Below are positions 20,295 through 28,120 of a stretch of 48,431 bases of DNA, one piece after another. A program made the position numbers and the translations under genes. Below the pieces are notes generated by a model that saw only the letters and a list, made by a program, of their open reading frames with translations, ran no database searches and had not been told where the DNA came from. Source of the stretch: a virus; UHGV virus genome UHGV-0219173; one strand, given 5' to 3'. Positions within the stretch are counted from its first letter, which is position 1. Every line of letters begins with the position of its first letter.

Positions 20295-21509
20295 ATGGGT
20301 GAAATATTGATGACAGGCGGGAGCGGAGGCGGAACCGGAAGTGACGAGTGCACAGCCACGCTGGACCATGTGCTGGCTGGGGAGACTGCGGTTACGTCCG
20401 ACAGTAATGACGAGCCTGGAACGGGACGAATGACGGTTAACAGTTTACTGTCTTTTAGCGTAGCCGCATACAGTGGACGCAGAGTACTTTTGAAATGGCA
20501 GAATCCGTATGCGGCGGCAGGGAAACCTTACAGCGGAGTAATAATAAAAGCCAGTAGAGGCGGATATCCAGCTTGGAATGCTTCGGCTTGGGATGCGATT
20601 TTTTCAGGAGCAGGAAACAATGTTGCCCCGGGAGCCTGGTCACAGGCGTTTATGGATTTACCAGCATTAAATACAACCTATTATTTCACTGCCCTGACTT
20701 ATGCAATTACCAGTTTAGGTGAAATATATAGCCCTGTATATGACCCGTCTACCGTTAAATACGCTGTTTGTGCGACAAATGGACCAGCAGTCGTTACCAT
20801 TACTGGCACCCAGAATTATGTGATTCCGGAAGGCTACACGCAAGCCGACATCTTTTGTGTAGGCGGAGGAGGCGGAGGGGGTGCTGGATACCGGTTTACG
20901 GGTATTGCCTATGAGCAAGGTGGAGGCGGCGGTGGCGGTGGGTACACCGCCACAGCTCTTAACATAGGCGTGGCTGCTGGCCAGATAATGAATTGCGTCA
21001 TCGGAAACGGAGGCGGGCAAAACACAGCTATTAACGGCCCAGGCGGCACGGGTGGGACAACATCGGTATCAAGAGGAGGCATTGTCTTATGCACGGCAAA
21101 TGGTGGAAAAGGCGGAGATGGGGCCAGCGGAGCCAGTGGAGGATATGGCGGATCCAGGGGAGGGAGCGGAGGATATAATGACCTGGAATCAAGACCAGTC
21201 ATAAATGCTGGCGGCAATGGATATGCAGACGGCGCTGGTACTGGAAGTCAGGGATATACCACAAGGGCCTTTGGAGAAGCTGGAAATACTTTATATGCTG
21301 GAGGCGGAGGAGGAGGTGGAGTCTCACGCAGCAATCCTGGCGCTGGAGGTGCAGGCGGAGGAGGTGCAGGCGGGGCACATAATGGCACGGGCAACGCAGG
21401 TGCTGCCAACACTGGCGGAGGCGGAGGCGGAGGTGGCGGAGCCGTTTATGGAACTGCCATTGCTGGTGGCCCCGGAGGCTCTGGCGTTGTTCTCATACGA
21501 TTAAAGTAA
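20295..21509 (+). CDS. Glycine-rich tail fibre protein (poly-Gly/GGX repeats)
   Basis: 404 aa; multiple GGGGGGG tracts; N-terminus MGEILMTGGSGGG is shared with the downstream 21982 ORF. Confidence 0.6.
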   Translation: MGEILMTGGSGGGTGSDECTATLDHVLAGETAVTSDSNDEPGTGRMTVNSLLSFSVAAYSGRRVLLKWQNPYAAAGKPYSGVIIKASRGGYPAWNASAWDAIFSGAGNNVAPGAWSQAFMDLPALNTTYYFTALTYAITSLGEIYSPVYDPSTVKYAVCATNGPAVVTITGTQNYVIPEGYTQADIFCVGGGGGGGAGYRFTGIAYEQGGGGGGGGYTATALNIGVAAGQIMNCVIGNGGGQNTAINGPGGTGGTTSVSRGGIVLCTANGGKGGDGASGASGGYGGSRGGSGGYNDLESRPVINAGGNGYADGAGTGSQGYTTRAFGEAGNTLYAGGGGGGGVSRSNPGAGGAGGGGAGGAHNGTGNAGAANTGGGGGGGGGAVYGTAIAGGPGGSGVVLIRLK

Positions 21510-21521
21510 GGAGAGACTTAA

Positions 21522-21827
21522 ATGATAGCGCATGAAGTTTTTGCAATGATATATGATAAAACGATACAGAATGTGGTGGTAGGGCATTATGAAGAAACCA
21601 ACCGGGTGGCGCGGTGTGTCTATGGTGACGATGCTTTTGCAGTGGATTGTACGCAATATCCCTGTGAGATAGGGGGTAAGTATATCGACGGAATTTTTTA
21701 TAAATCGGATGGAGTGACACCAGTTGAATATATCCCCACTCAGGAACAGCAGGTGGAACAGCTCCGCCAGGAGAATGCGGAGCTGACTATTGCATTGGCA
21801 GACGTGATAGGAGGTGCGATGTTATGA
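21522..21827 (+). CDS. Hypothetical protein (possible fibre assembly factor)
   Basis: RBS AAGGAGAGA; coiled-coil C-terminus. Confidence 0.35.
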   Translation: MIAHEVFAMIYDKTIQNVVVGHYEETNRVARCVYGDDAFAVDCTQYPCEIGGKYIDGIFYKSDGVTPVEYIPTQEQQVEQLRQENAELTIALADVIGGAML

Positions 21828-21994
21828 TAAGCGGAATCAAAAAAAATATTATTATACGGGCGCTGGAGATTCGGAAGAATCAGGGCGAGGAGCCGGCAGA
21901 CATCCTGGACGGGTATACAAATCTAACTGAAACGGAAAAGGCGGATATACTGGCAGTGGTCATGCCAGGAAAGGAGCAGCCATGGGAAAGATAT
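21824..21994 (+). CDS. Small XkdX-like protein (56 aa)
   Basis: ATG 21824 with RBS GGAGGTG; ORF not in the supplied track (<60 aa). Confidence 0.3.
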
Positions 21995-22296
21995 TAATAC
22001 CTGGAGGGGGCGGAGGCGCAGACCTGGATGTAATTACAGCTACAGCGCCAGACGTAAGAAAGAATAAAGTAATCGTTGATAAGGACGGGGAGCCATTAGC
22101 TGGAGCTATGAATGAACAGGCGGGAGGAACATTTACGCCTGGAACATCGGACCGGGTTTTAGTTCCTGCGAATACGTTTGTAACATCAGCCATCATCATG
22201 AAGGGGGATCCAAACCTTATCGCAGGTAACATAAAAAAGAATGTGCCGATATTTGGGGTTATCGGAAGTAAAATCATGTTATCCATGGCGGCTTAA
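21982..22296 (+). CDS. Second tail-fibre N-terminal (constant) module, currently ending in an 8-aa stub after a 17-bp repeat
   Basis: N-terminus MGKILIPGGGGG parallels the 20295 fibre; ORF terminates 27 nt after repeat copy 1 (22253-22269). Confidence 0.5.
   Translation: MGKILIPGGGGGADLDVITATAPDVRKNKVIVDKDGEPLAGAMNEQAGGTFTPGTSDRVLVPANTFVTSAIIMKGDPNLIAGNIKKNVPIFGVIGSKIMLSMAA
22253..22269 (+). repeat. Repeat copy 1 TTGGGGTTATCGGAAGT (direct), inside the constant fibre module
   Basis: Exact 17-mer also at 22324-22340 and, with one mismatch, inverted at 23175-23191. Confidence 0.8.
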
Positions 22297-22323
22297 TAAC
22301 CCATACCCTTATATCTCTTATAA

Positions 22324-22340
22324 TTGGGGTTATCGGAAGT
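22324..22340 (+). repeat. Repeat copy 2 TTGGGGTTATCGGAAGT (direct), at the 5' edge of cassette A
   Basis: Same codon phase relative to the repeat as copy 1 (..GVIGS|HDGYV..). Confidence 0.8.
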
Positions 22341-22727
22341 CATGACGGTTACGTTGTATCGGCAAATCACCTGTATAAATACGGGAGCAATGTTGCTGGA
22401 TTCTATCGAGATAGTGGTACAATCACGTTTGAATCCAATGCAATATACGTATCTTCGGGCGGCGCTAGAATGAACTCAACAAAGGTTTATAATTTCACCG
22501 GATATAAATACTTAAAAGTCCACATGAATGTGACGGCGGGAGGAACAGGACAGCACATGCTAAGCATACACAGACATTCAAACAGCACATTCATGAAATC
22601 ACAAGATGGAATGGGAAGTGGAAACCAAATCGTAACCATTAATATATCTGATATATATTACAGTGATGCTATAGATGTTGTTTACACCGGTATATGGGGG
22701 CAGGTATATCAAATATGGTTGGAATAA
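22341..22727 (+). other. Tail-fibre C-terminal cassette A (no start codon until 22470; open in frame from repeat copy 2)
   Basis: Frame open 22272-22727. Precise loss of the 71 bp between repeats 1 and 2 would fuse it in frame to the constant module. Confidence 0.5.
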
Positions 22728-22742
22728 TTGCTGGTCATATTT

Positions 22743-23183
22743 TTAGGATATTCTTACTTGCCATACCCATGCAGCCCAATTTTCCATAGCCCATGAGCCA
22801 CTGTTTAATGTCTGACAGGTTAGATTTATTCCAGGTGCATATGATTGTGGATTTAATTTTATCGTTTGCGTATATGTTCCTCCAGCAGATATGCCTATCG
22901 TACTTTCTCCTTGATAATCATAGTTGTCTCTATATACCCTGGCGGTCATCCTAAGACTCCCCCTATTGATTGCGGAGACAATGTAATAAGTAATCGCCAG
23001 TGTTGTATAACCAGTAAAGTTATAAACTTTTGAGGTTTTAAAGACCATTGGTAAATAGGTGCTTTGATGGAAAATACCACCAGATTCAAACGATGCATAC
23101 TGAACCTGGGTGAAACCTGCCGGATTATTACCGCGTAAATACAGGTCTGATGGGTCCGTAACATATCCACTATGACTTCCCAT
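22743..23183 (-). CDS. Tail-fibre C-terminal cassette B (paralogue of cassette A, inverted; ATG lies inside repeat copy 3)
   Basis: MGSHSGYV...FESGG...TSKVYNFTGY aligns with cassette A (GSHDGYV...FESNA...STKVYNFTGY); convergent with cassette A. Confidence 0.55.
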   Translation of the reverse strand: MGSHSGYVTDPSDLYLRGNNPAGFTQVQYASFESGGIFHQSTYLPMVFKTSKVYNFTGYTTLAITYYIVSAINRGSLRMTARVYRDNYDYQGESTIGISAGGTYTQTIKLNPQSYAPGINLTCQTLNSGSWAMENWAAWVWQVRIS

Positions 23184-23191
23184 AACCCCAA
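23175..23191 (-). repeat. Repeat copy 3 TTGGGGTTATGGGAAGT (inverted orientation, 16/17 identical)
   Basis: The C-to-G difference creates the ATG of cassette B; similarity to copy 2 extends to about 26 bp (CTTATARTTGGGGTTATSGGAAGTCAT). Confidence 0.8.
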
Positions 23192-23280
23192 CTATAAGGA
23201 GATGAAAAACATGGTTACATAAAGGGTATTCCTTTTAGTATACAATATAAAAAACAAAAAAGAAAGGTAGGTATTGAAAT

Positions 23281-23514
23281 GTGAATGAAGAGTTATTAAA
23301 AGAAAAATTAGAAACGCACGAAAAACGTATTAATAATCATGCGGACCGCCTGGACAAATTGGAAATTCATGAGGCGGCGAGAGATGTTAAAATCGACAAC
23401 CTATGTGACAAACTGGAGAAGCAGACGAGAAGCATATACGGACTGATTGGCATAGTGGCAACAGCCCTGGTAGGCTTCTTTTTTTATGCGGTCCAGCAGG
23501 GGATTTTTCATTAA
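23281..23514 (+). CDS. XhlA-like lysis-associated protein (coiled coil plus C-terminal transmembrane segment)
   Basis: 77 aa; N-terminal coiled coil, C-terminal hydrophobic helix; sits before the holin as in PBSX xhlA-xhlB-xlyA. Confidence 0.5.
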   Translation: MNEELLKEKLETHEKRINNHADRLDKLEIHEAARDVKIDNLCDKLEKQTRSIYGLIGIVATALVGFFFYAVQQGIFH

Positions 23515-23530
23515 GAAAGTGAGGTATAAC

Positions 23531-23767
23531 ATGTTTAAGAATTGTGTATTTAAAGCAGATGTAAATACGACACAGTGGGTCAGAGCGGCGGTCAGGAGGG
23601 CCGTAAAGACCATGGCCCAGACATTTGTGGCAACCATTGGAACGGCGGCTGCAATGGGGGAAGTCAATTGGCCCTTGGTGGCATCCGCAACCGTATTGGC
23701 CGGAATTCTGTCACTGGGAACATCCGTGGCCGGCCTGCCAGAGGTTGAGACAAAAACAAGAGCATAA
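23531..23767 (+). CDS. Holin
   Basis: ATG 23531 with RBS GTGAGG; two hydrophobic segments; precedes endolysin. Confidence 0.55.
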   Translation: MFKNCVFKADVNTTQWVRAAVRRAVKTMAQTFVATIGTAAAMGEVNWPLVASATVLAGILSLGTSVAGLPEVETKTRA

Positions 23768-23853
23768 AAGGAGGTGGTCCGCTATCTCCCAGCCGCCAGG
23801 GTAAAGGCGGCAGTAACTAAAAACAAAATCTCAAAAAGAAAAGAGGAAAAGAT

Positions 23854-24099
23854 ATGGCAAACATGTTAGGACATGCAGACAAAAGAACAGAGCAGCAGAG
23901 GCACGATGATGCTATTACCGGGAGAGACGACCTGACGCCAACGGCGCTTAACAACGAGGGGAATATGGTAGGGACAGGCCCGAATACAAAAAAGGAAGAT
24001 ACAAGGGCAGTGGGGACTACACCGGCGCCTAAAAATCCTGATAAAAAGAAAGGCCCAGGAAAGTATAAGCCCGGTAATCCGGGACCAGGAGTGAAGTAA
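23854..24099 (+). CDS. Low-complexity basic/proline-rich hypothetical protein
   Basis: RBS AAGAGGAAAAG; followed by a terminator. Confidence 0.3.
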   Translation: MANMLGHADKRTEQQRHDDAITGRDDLTPTALNNEGNMVGTGPNTKKEDTRAVGTTPAPKNPDKKKGPGKYKPGNPGPGVK

Positions 24100-24116
24100 A
24101 AGAGATACATAGATGG

Positions 24117-24143
24117 CCCAGGCGATGCCCTGGGTCTTTTTTT
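24117..24143 (+). terminator. Rho-independent terminator (CCCAGG-loop-CCTGGG followed by T8)
   Basis: 6-bp GC stem plus TCTTTTTTT. Confidence 0.6.
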
Positions 24144-24158
24144 ATGGAGGAGATCTAC

Positions 24159-24938
24159 ATGAAGAAAACCGCAGAGGGATTAATAAATCATTGTAAAAGC
24201 AAAATAGGAACACCATATGTTTATGGCGCCAAGGGCGAGGTCCTTACCCAGGCCATTCTGGACCGCCTTGCCAGAGAGAACCCAGGCACATACACATCCG
24301 CCTACAAGGCCAAAGCTGCCAAGTACATAGGCCAGCGCTGCACGGACTGCAGCGGCCTTATCAGCTGGTACACAGGCGTTCTGCGTGGCAGCTACAACTA
24401 CCATGACACAGCCGTGGAGCGGATAGGCGTTGACCATTTGGACGAGTCCATGGTCGGTTGGGCGCTCTGGAAGCCGGGCCACATCGGGGTATACATCGGG
24501 GATGGCTGGTGTATTGAGGCTAAGGGCATCAACTACGGCACCATCAAGTCCAGAGTAGCGGCCACACCATGGCAGCAGGTCCTTAAACTGAAGGATATCG
24601 AGTATGATAATGAAAAAAAATCAGGATGGTATGACGAGGACGGAGGACGTAGATTTTACAATGGAGATACGGGAGAACCGGTACGTAATAACTGGCATCA
24701 GGAACCAGACGGGGAATGGTATTGGTTTGACGGAGCCGGAATGATGGTCAGAAATGTATGGTATCAGTATAACGGTAACTGGTATTATATGGGACCGGAT
24801 GGAAAAATGAAAAAGGGACAGATAACCATTGATGGGAAGTGGTACATTCTGGACCAGGACGGGAAAATGATTAGAAAGCCTGTCACATTAACCCCGGACC
24901 AGGATGGCGCATTGAGATACCCTGGAATAATAAAATAA
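24159..24938 (+). CDS. Endolysin: N-terminal NlpC/P60 peptidase domain plus C-terminal cell-wall-binding (choline-binding-type) repeats
   Basis: Cys-His motifs QRCTDCSGLISWYTG ... GHIGVYIGDGWCIEAKG; repeated GWYxEDG/GEWYWFDG/GNWYYMGPDG/GKWYILDQDG units; RBS GGAGGAG before ATG 24159. Confidence 0.8.
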   Translation: MKKTAEGLINHCKSKIGTPYVYGAKGEVLTQAILDRLARENPGTYTSAYKAKAAKYIGQRCTDCSGLISWYTGVLRGSYNYHDTAVERIGVDHLDESMVGWALWKPGHIGVYIGDGWCIEAKGINYGTIKSRVAATPWQQVLKLKDIEYDNEKKSGWYDEDGGRRFYNGDTGEPVRNNWHQEPDGEWYWFDGAGMMVRNVWYQYNGNWYYMGPDGKMKKGQITIDGKWYILDQDGKMIRKPVTLTPDQDGALRYPGIIK

Positions 24939-25013
24939 GAGACTATGAGACGTCCTGGATATATGATAGGCGGTCAATTAACCGCCTATCAATTTTTAAA
25001 ATCATGTTAATGT

Positions 25014-25268
25014 CTAAACCATCAGTTTTCCACCCATACGGAAACCGTGTATAAAACCATCTTGTCCGGCAGCCATTACCATAAGTAAATGTAACTCCAT
25101 ACAATTATCAAATTCGGCAATCAGTTCTGCCGGGATTTTAATACGTAATTCCTGTTCGGCATGAAATGCATTCTCACGATATTTATTGTAATCTGGAGAG
25201 TACCTGCCAATATAATCACTGGGAGGCACGTCAAATCCATTATATATGCTCTTTATAAGCTGGTTCAT
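25014..25268 (-). CDS. Small hypothetical protein (last gene of the minus-strand small-gene operon)
   Basis: RBS GGAG before ATG 25268 (track start 25283). Confidence 0.4.
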   Translation of the reverse strand: MNQLIKSIYNGFDVPPSDYIGRYSPDYNKYRENAFHAEQELRIKIPAELIAEFDNCMELHLLMVMAAGQDGFIHGFRMGGKLMV

Positions 25269-25283
25269 ATAATCTCCAATCAT

Positions 25284-25496
25284 TAGTATTTAGGTGTTGT
25301 GGGGTTCAGCGCTTCCAGCCGTCATTATTTTAGCACAGGAGGCCGGACATGCTGTTTAGCATATTCCCTGTACGCCCGTCTCACCTTAAGACGGAGCCGA
25401 AACCTGTCATCCATCACCACAACACCTAATCCCCCATGCAGGCCATGAACCTGCCGCCGCCTGGAAGCGGATGGGGAAGGGCGGAGAGCCGTCCAA
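25284..25496 (-). ncRNA. GC-rich structured intergenic element (candidate cis-regulatory RNA) inside the small-gene operon
   Basis: About 60% GC against AT-rich flanks; interleaved inverted repeats (AGGTGTTGTGG/CCACAACACCT and GCGCTTCCAGCC/GCCTGGAAGCGG) giving pseudoknot or alternative-helix topology. Confidence 0.3.
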
Positions 25497-25757
25497 TCAA
25501 TCATGATGCTCATAAGCATATTTCATTTCACGTAAAAGACGTATTTCATGTTCAAGGATGTAAATTTTATTACTATAGCGATTCCATTTCCGCCAAAACT
25601 CAGATGAATGTGGGAGGTTATCTAGTTCCTTATCACTCATATCATGATAAGGTTTTAAAAATCTAAGGCCGTTCCTTTTTGTTTCAAGTTCATCCCGCTT
25701 TTGTATTAGAGAAACAAGCCTTGCATCTATTTCTCTTATGATTCTCTCAATTGTCAT
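25497..25757 (-). CDS. Small hypothetical protein
   Basis: RBS GGGAGAAG; stop overlaps the start of the upstream gene. Confidence 0.4.
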   Translation of the reverse strand: MTIERIIREIDARLVSLIQKRDELETKRNGLRFLKPYHDMSDKELDNLPHSSEFWRKWNRYSNKIYILEHEIRLLREMKYAYEHHD

Positions 25758-26074
25758 AATTTCTTCTCCCTTGCCATATCATCATATTTCTTTCTGGCTT
25801 TTTGCGGTGATTCTGCAAAAATCACCTTATTACTATTTAAACGAAACTGATATGATGGAACGTTTATATCAAATCCAGAAACAAAACTCTGCCCATGGTT
25901 ATAATCCATGTAAATATTTATTATAGTTCCTTTTTTACATTTGATAGTAGCATTTGATTCATAAAAAGAATCCCCTTTATGATACGAATACCAACTTACC
26001 TTGTCGTAAGTCCTCCCAACTACAAATAAATGTTTATCAGTATCATAAGTTTCTCCATTAAAAAGGAATTTCAT
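25754..26074 (-). CDS. Small hypothetical protein
   Basis: RBS AAGTGAGGA; Lys/Tyr-rich. Confidence 0.4.
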   Translation of the reverse strand: MKFLFNGETYDTDKHLFVVGRTYDKVSWYSYHKGDSFYESNATIKCKKGTIINIYMDYNHGQSFVSGFDINVPSYQFRLNSNKVIFAESPQKARKKYDDMAREKKL

Positions 26075-26169
26075 TTTTCATGTCCTCACTTTCTCCCCGG
26101 CATTATCCGGCCAGGGGAGGGTAAATATGATATTTCATTGCGGCTCTTGCATTCTATCTGATTCACTTG

Positions 26170-26427
26170 CTATATATTTGAACAAATTTCAATACATATG
26201 AACTTTTTAATTTCCTGGTATGTAATTGATAAAAACTGATCTGTTGATGAATCAATTTTTTTAATCTTTACGGCTTCAAAATTTGTATCAAACATATAGC
26301 TAATCTTTCCCCGGCTGAAAAAATGAATGCCGTACTGTTCCGTATGCTTATACCCCGCTACTTTATCATTAATGATTAATTTACGTTTAATGCCATCCAT
26401 TACGGGTTGAAATGTTATTTTTGTCAT
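26170..26427 (-). CDS. Small hypothetical protein
   Basis: Start at internal ATG 26427 with RBS GGGAGGA; the upstream part of the track ORF contains an intergenic hairpin. Confidence 0.4.
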   Translation of the reverse strand: MTKITFQPVMDGIKRKLIINDKVAGYKHTEQYGIHFFSRGKISYMFDTNFEAVKIKKIDSSTDQFLSITYQEIKKFICIEICSNI

Positions 26428-26491
26428 GTAGTCGTCCTCCCTTAAAATATTGATTTTATCCCCCTCTGGAAACCGCCAGAGGACGGACATC

Positions 26492-26773
26492 CTATTTAAG
26501 TTTATGAATTGCGCCTATGAAAGCATGTTTTAAGTTCGCAATTCTTTCAAATTCTTTATCTGTCATGGATATACCGGAATATAACCATACAGTTTTTATA
26601 CTACCATCATCGTTCAAATCATAGTGACAATATAGCATGTGGTCGGCTTGCTTCGCAGCCTGCGCCTTGCAGGCCACTTCGTACCACATAGTCCGTAATT
26701 GCAGAATCTCCTTCAAGGTATCGTAACCATGAAAATTACCATCTACAAATGTGGGTATAAGTCTCATGTCCAT
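26492..26773 (-). CDS. Small hypothetical protein
   Basis: RBS GAAAGGATGG. Confidence 0.4.
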   Translation of the reverse strand: MDMRLIPTFVDGNFHGYDTLKEILQLRTMWYEVACKAQAAKQADHMLYCHYDLNDDGSIKTVWLYSGISMTDKEFERIANLKHAFIGAIHKLK

Positions 26774-26812
26774 CCTTTCTGCCCTCGTAACCTCCGGGGC
26801 GGGCGAATATGA

Positions 26813-27049
26813 TTACTGGTACCTTTTAAACAACTGATGATATTCTGATATCATTTTATCCATTGTTTTGATATCATTTTCAGAAATTGCTTTTTTCAGC
26901 GCATCAATGTCGGATTCAACCTTATCTATGTTGCAGACCTTATTATCGTAGTAGTAACCATCGGCCTTATTCTGCAACTTGCAAAGTAGTGTGTCCGCAT
27001 CATCAACCACATGATATCTAATCCCGTTTACCGTCCTATGTGTATTCAT
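26813..27049 (-). CDS. Small hypothetical protein
   Basis: Preceded on the minus strand by hairpin CCCCTGGCGGTTTCCAGGGG and RBS AGGGAGG. Confidence 0.4.
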   Translation of the reverse strand: MNTHRTVNGIRYHVVDDADTLLCKLQNKADGYYYDNKVCNIDKVESDIDALKKAISENDIKTMDKMISEYHQLFKRYQ

Positions 27050-27093
27050 AACCTCCCTTTCTCCCCTGGAAACCGCCAGGGGCCGGATGTGTC

Positions 27094-27357
27094 TTATTTT
27101 ACGTTTTCGATAACGTATTTAGCACTGGTTAATGACTCGAATTGCTTTAAAAGATTATTCATCCCGTCGTGGTATTCCTCTATTGTCATCTTGCCTGAGT
27201 GAATCATATTCCGACAAATGGAATCTGTATTATCAATTTTTTTGTTTATAATAGATACTGCATAGGCTATCTGCTTTTCTGTTCCCTCTAAATTTAATTC
27301 ACACTTAAATACTACTAATGGCCTCATTGAACTTCTCATTGTTATAGTGGTTTTCAT
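27094..27357 (-). CDS. Small hypothetical protein (first gene of the operon)
   Basis: RBS CAGGAGGTAACG; promoter with -35 TTGACT and -10 TATACT immediately upstream. Confidence 0.4.
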   Translation of the reverse strand: MKTTITMRSSMRPLVVFKCELNLEGTEKQIAYAVSIINKKIDNTDSICRNMIHSGKMTIEEYHDGMNNLLKQFESLTSAKYVIENVK

Positions 27358-27401
27358 ATCGTTACCTCCTGATTTGTGTTTGCCGTTCCTTTATCTTATG
27401 C

Positions 27402-27435
27402 TTATAGTATACACTGAAATAGTGTATAAGTCAAT
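27402..27435 (-). promoter_or_regulatory. Promoter of the small-gene operon (-35 TTGACT, 17-nt spacer, -10 TATACT) with palindromic operator TATACACTGAAATAGTGTATA in the spacer
   Basis: Consensus-like hexamers on the minus strand. The 21-bp palindrome 27408-27428 recurs at 27760-27780, and a half-site is at 27449-27456. Confidence 0.5.
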
Positions 27436-27517
27436 AGTAAAATACATTTTTTTAGTGTATATTTTTGTTGCATTTATTTAAACCTATGATATAATGCAAT
27501 TGTAAGGAGGTGCGAAA

Positions 27518-27751
27518 ATGATAAAATATAAAATAGATATACTGGAAGAACTAAAGAAAAAAGGATACAGTACCTATATAATAAGAAAAAATAAATATTT
27601 GAGCGAAACTGCATTAACAAATATTCGCGCGGGAAAGCCCCTACCAATTACAGCTCTTGAATCAGTTTGTATAATGCTCAGAAAACAGCCATCAGACATA
27701 ATAGAAGTAGAAGCAACCGATGAAGAAAAAATAAAGTATTTTTATGAATAA
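27518..27751 (+). CDS. Small HTH DNA-binding regulator (Cro/C1-type, HTH_26-like)
   Basis: 77 aa; YLSETALTNIRAGKP helix-turn-helix; divergent from the small-gene operon; own promoter TTGCAT-16-TATAAT at 27470-27498. Confidence 0.55.
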   Translation: MIKYKIDILEELKKKGYSTYIIRKNKYLSETALTNIRAGKPLPITALESVCIMLRKQPSDIIEVEATDEEKIKYFYE

Positions 27752-27849
27752 CATTGACATATACACTAAAATAGTGTACACTAGAGATAGTTAAGGAAGC
27801 AACAAAACCTTAATGAATGGCCGGGGCAAGCCGGGGAGAGGAGGAACAC

Positions 27850-27999
27850 ATGAACGTGAACATGTCGGAAACAGCAAGATTAATATTAGGGCTGAGAAAT
27901 GCCGGGTGGGATGAAAAGGATATAAATGATTTTATCTTATACATCGAAACCGGAGAGGAACAGTACAAACCACAGCAAAAAAATAAGCCTACGGAATAG
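27850..27999 (+). CDS. Small hypothetical protein
   Basis: ATG 27850 with RBS GAGGAGGAAC; second palindromic operator sits in its putative promoter (TTGACA at 27755-27760). Confidence 0.3.
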   Translation: MNVNMSETARLILGLRNAGWDEKDINDFILYIETGEEQYKPQQKNKPTE

Positions 28000-28120
28000 G
28001 CTTAAGGGAATGAACCAGGGGAGGGCGGGCTTGCCACCGCTCCCCCGATTCAATAAATAGTATAACAGACTAAAATGCATAAATCAATAATATACGGCGT
28101 GGAATGCTCCCCGCCATTTG

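Noticed and set aside
25325-25519. 64-aa minus-strand ORF inside the GC-rich block
   Set aside because: It starts inside the upstream gene, is Arg/Gly/Val-rich as expected from GC bias, and has no RBS. It is treated as non-coding structured RNA.
26464-27082. Two identical hairpin repeats CCCCTGGCGGTTTCCAGGGG considered as a possible CRISPR or mini-array
   Set aside because: There are only two copies about 600 bp apart, each sitting in an intergenic RBS context. They are better explained as intercistronic stem-loops.
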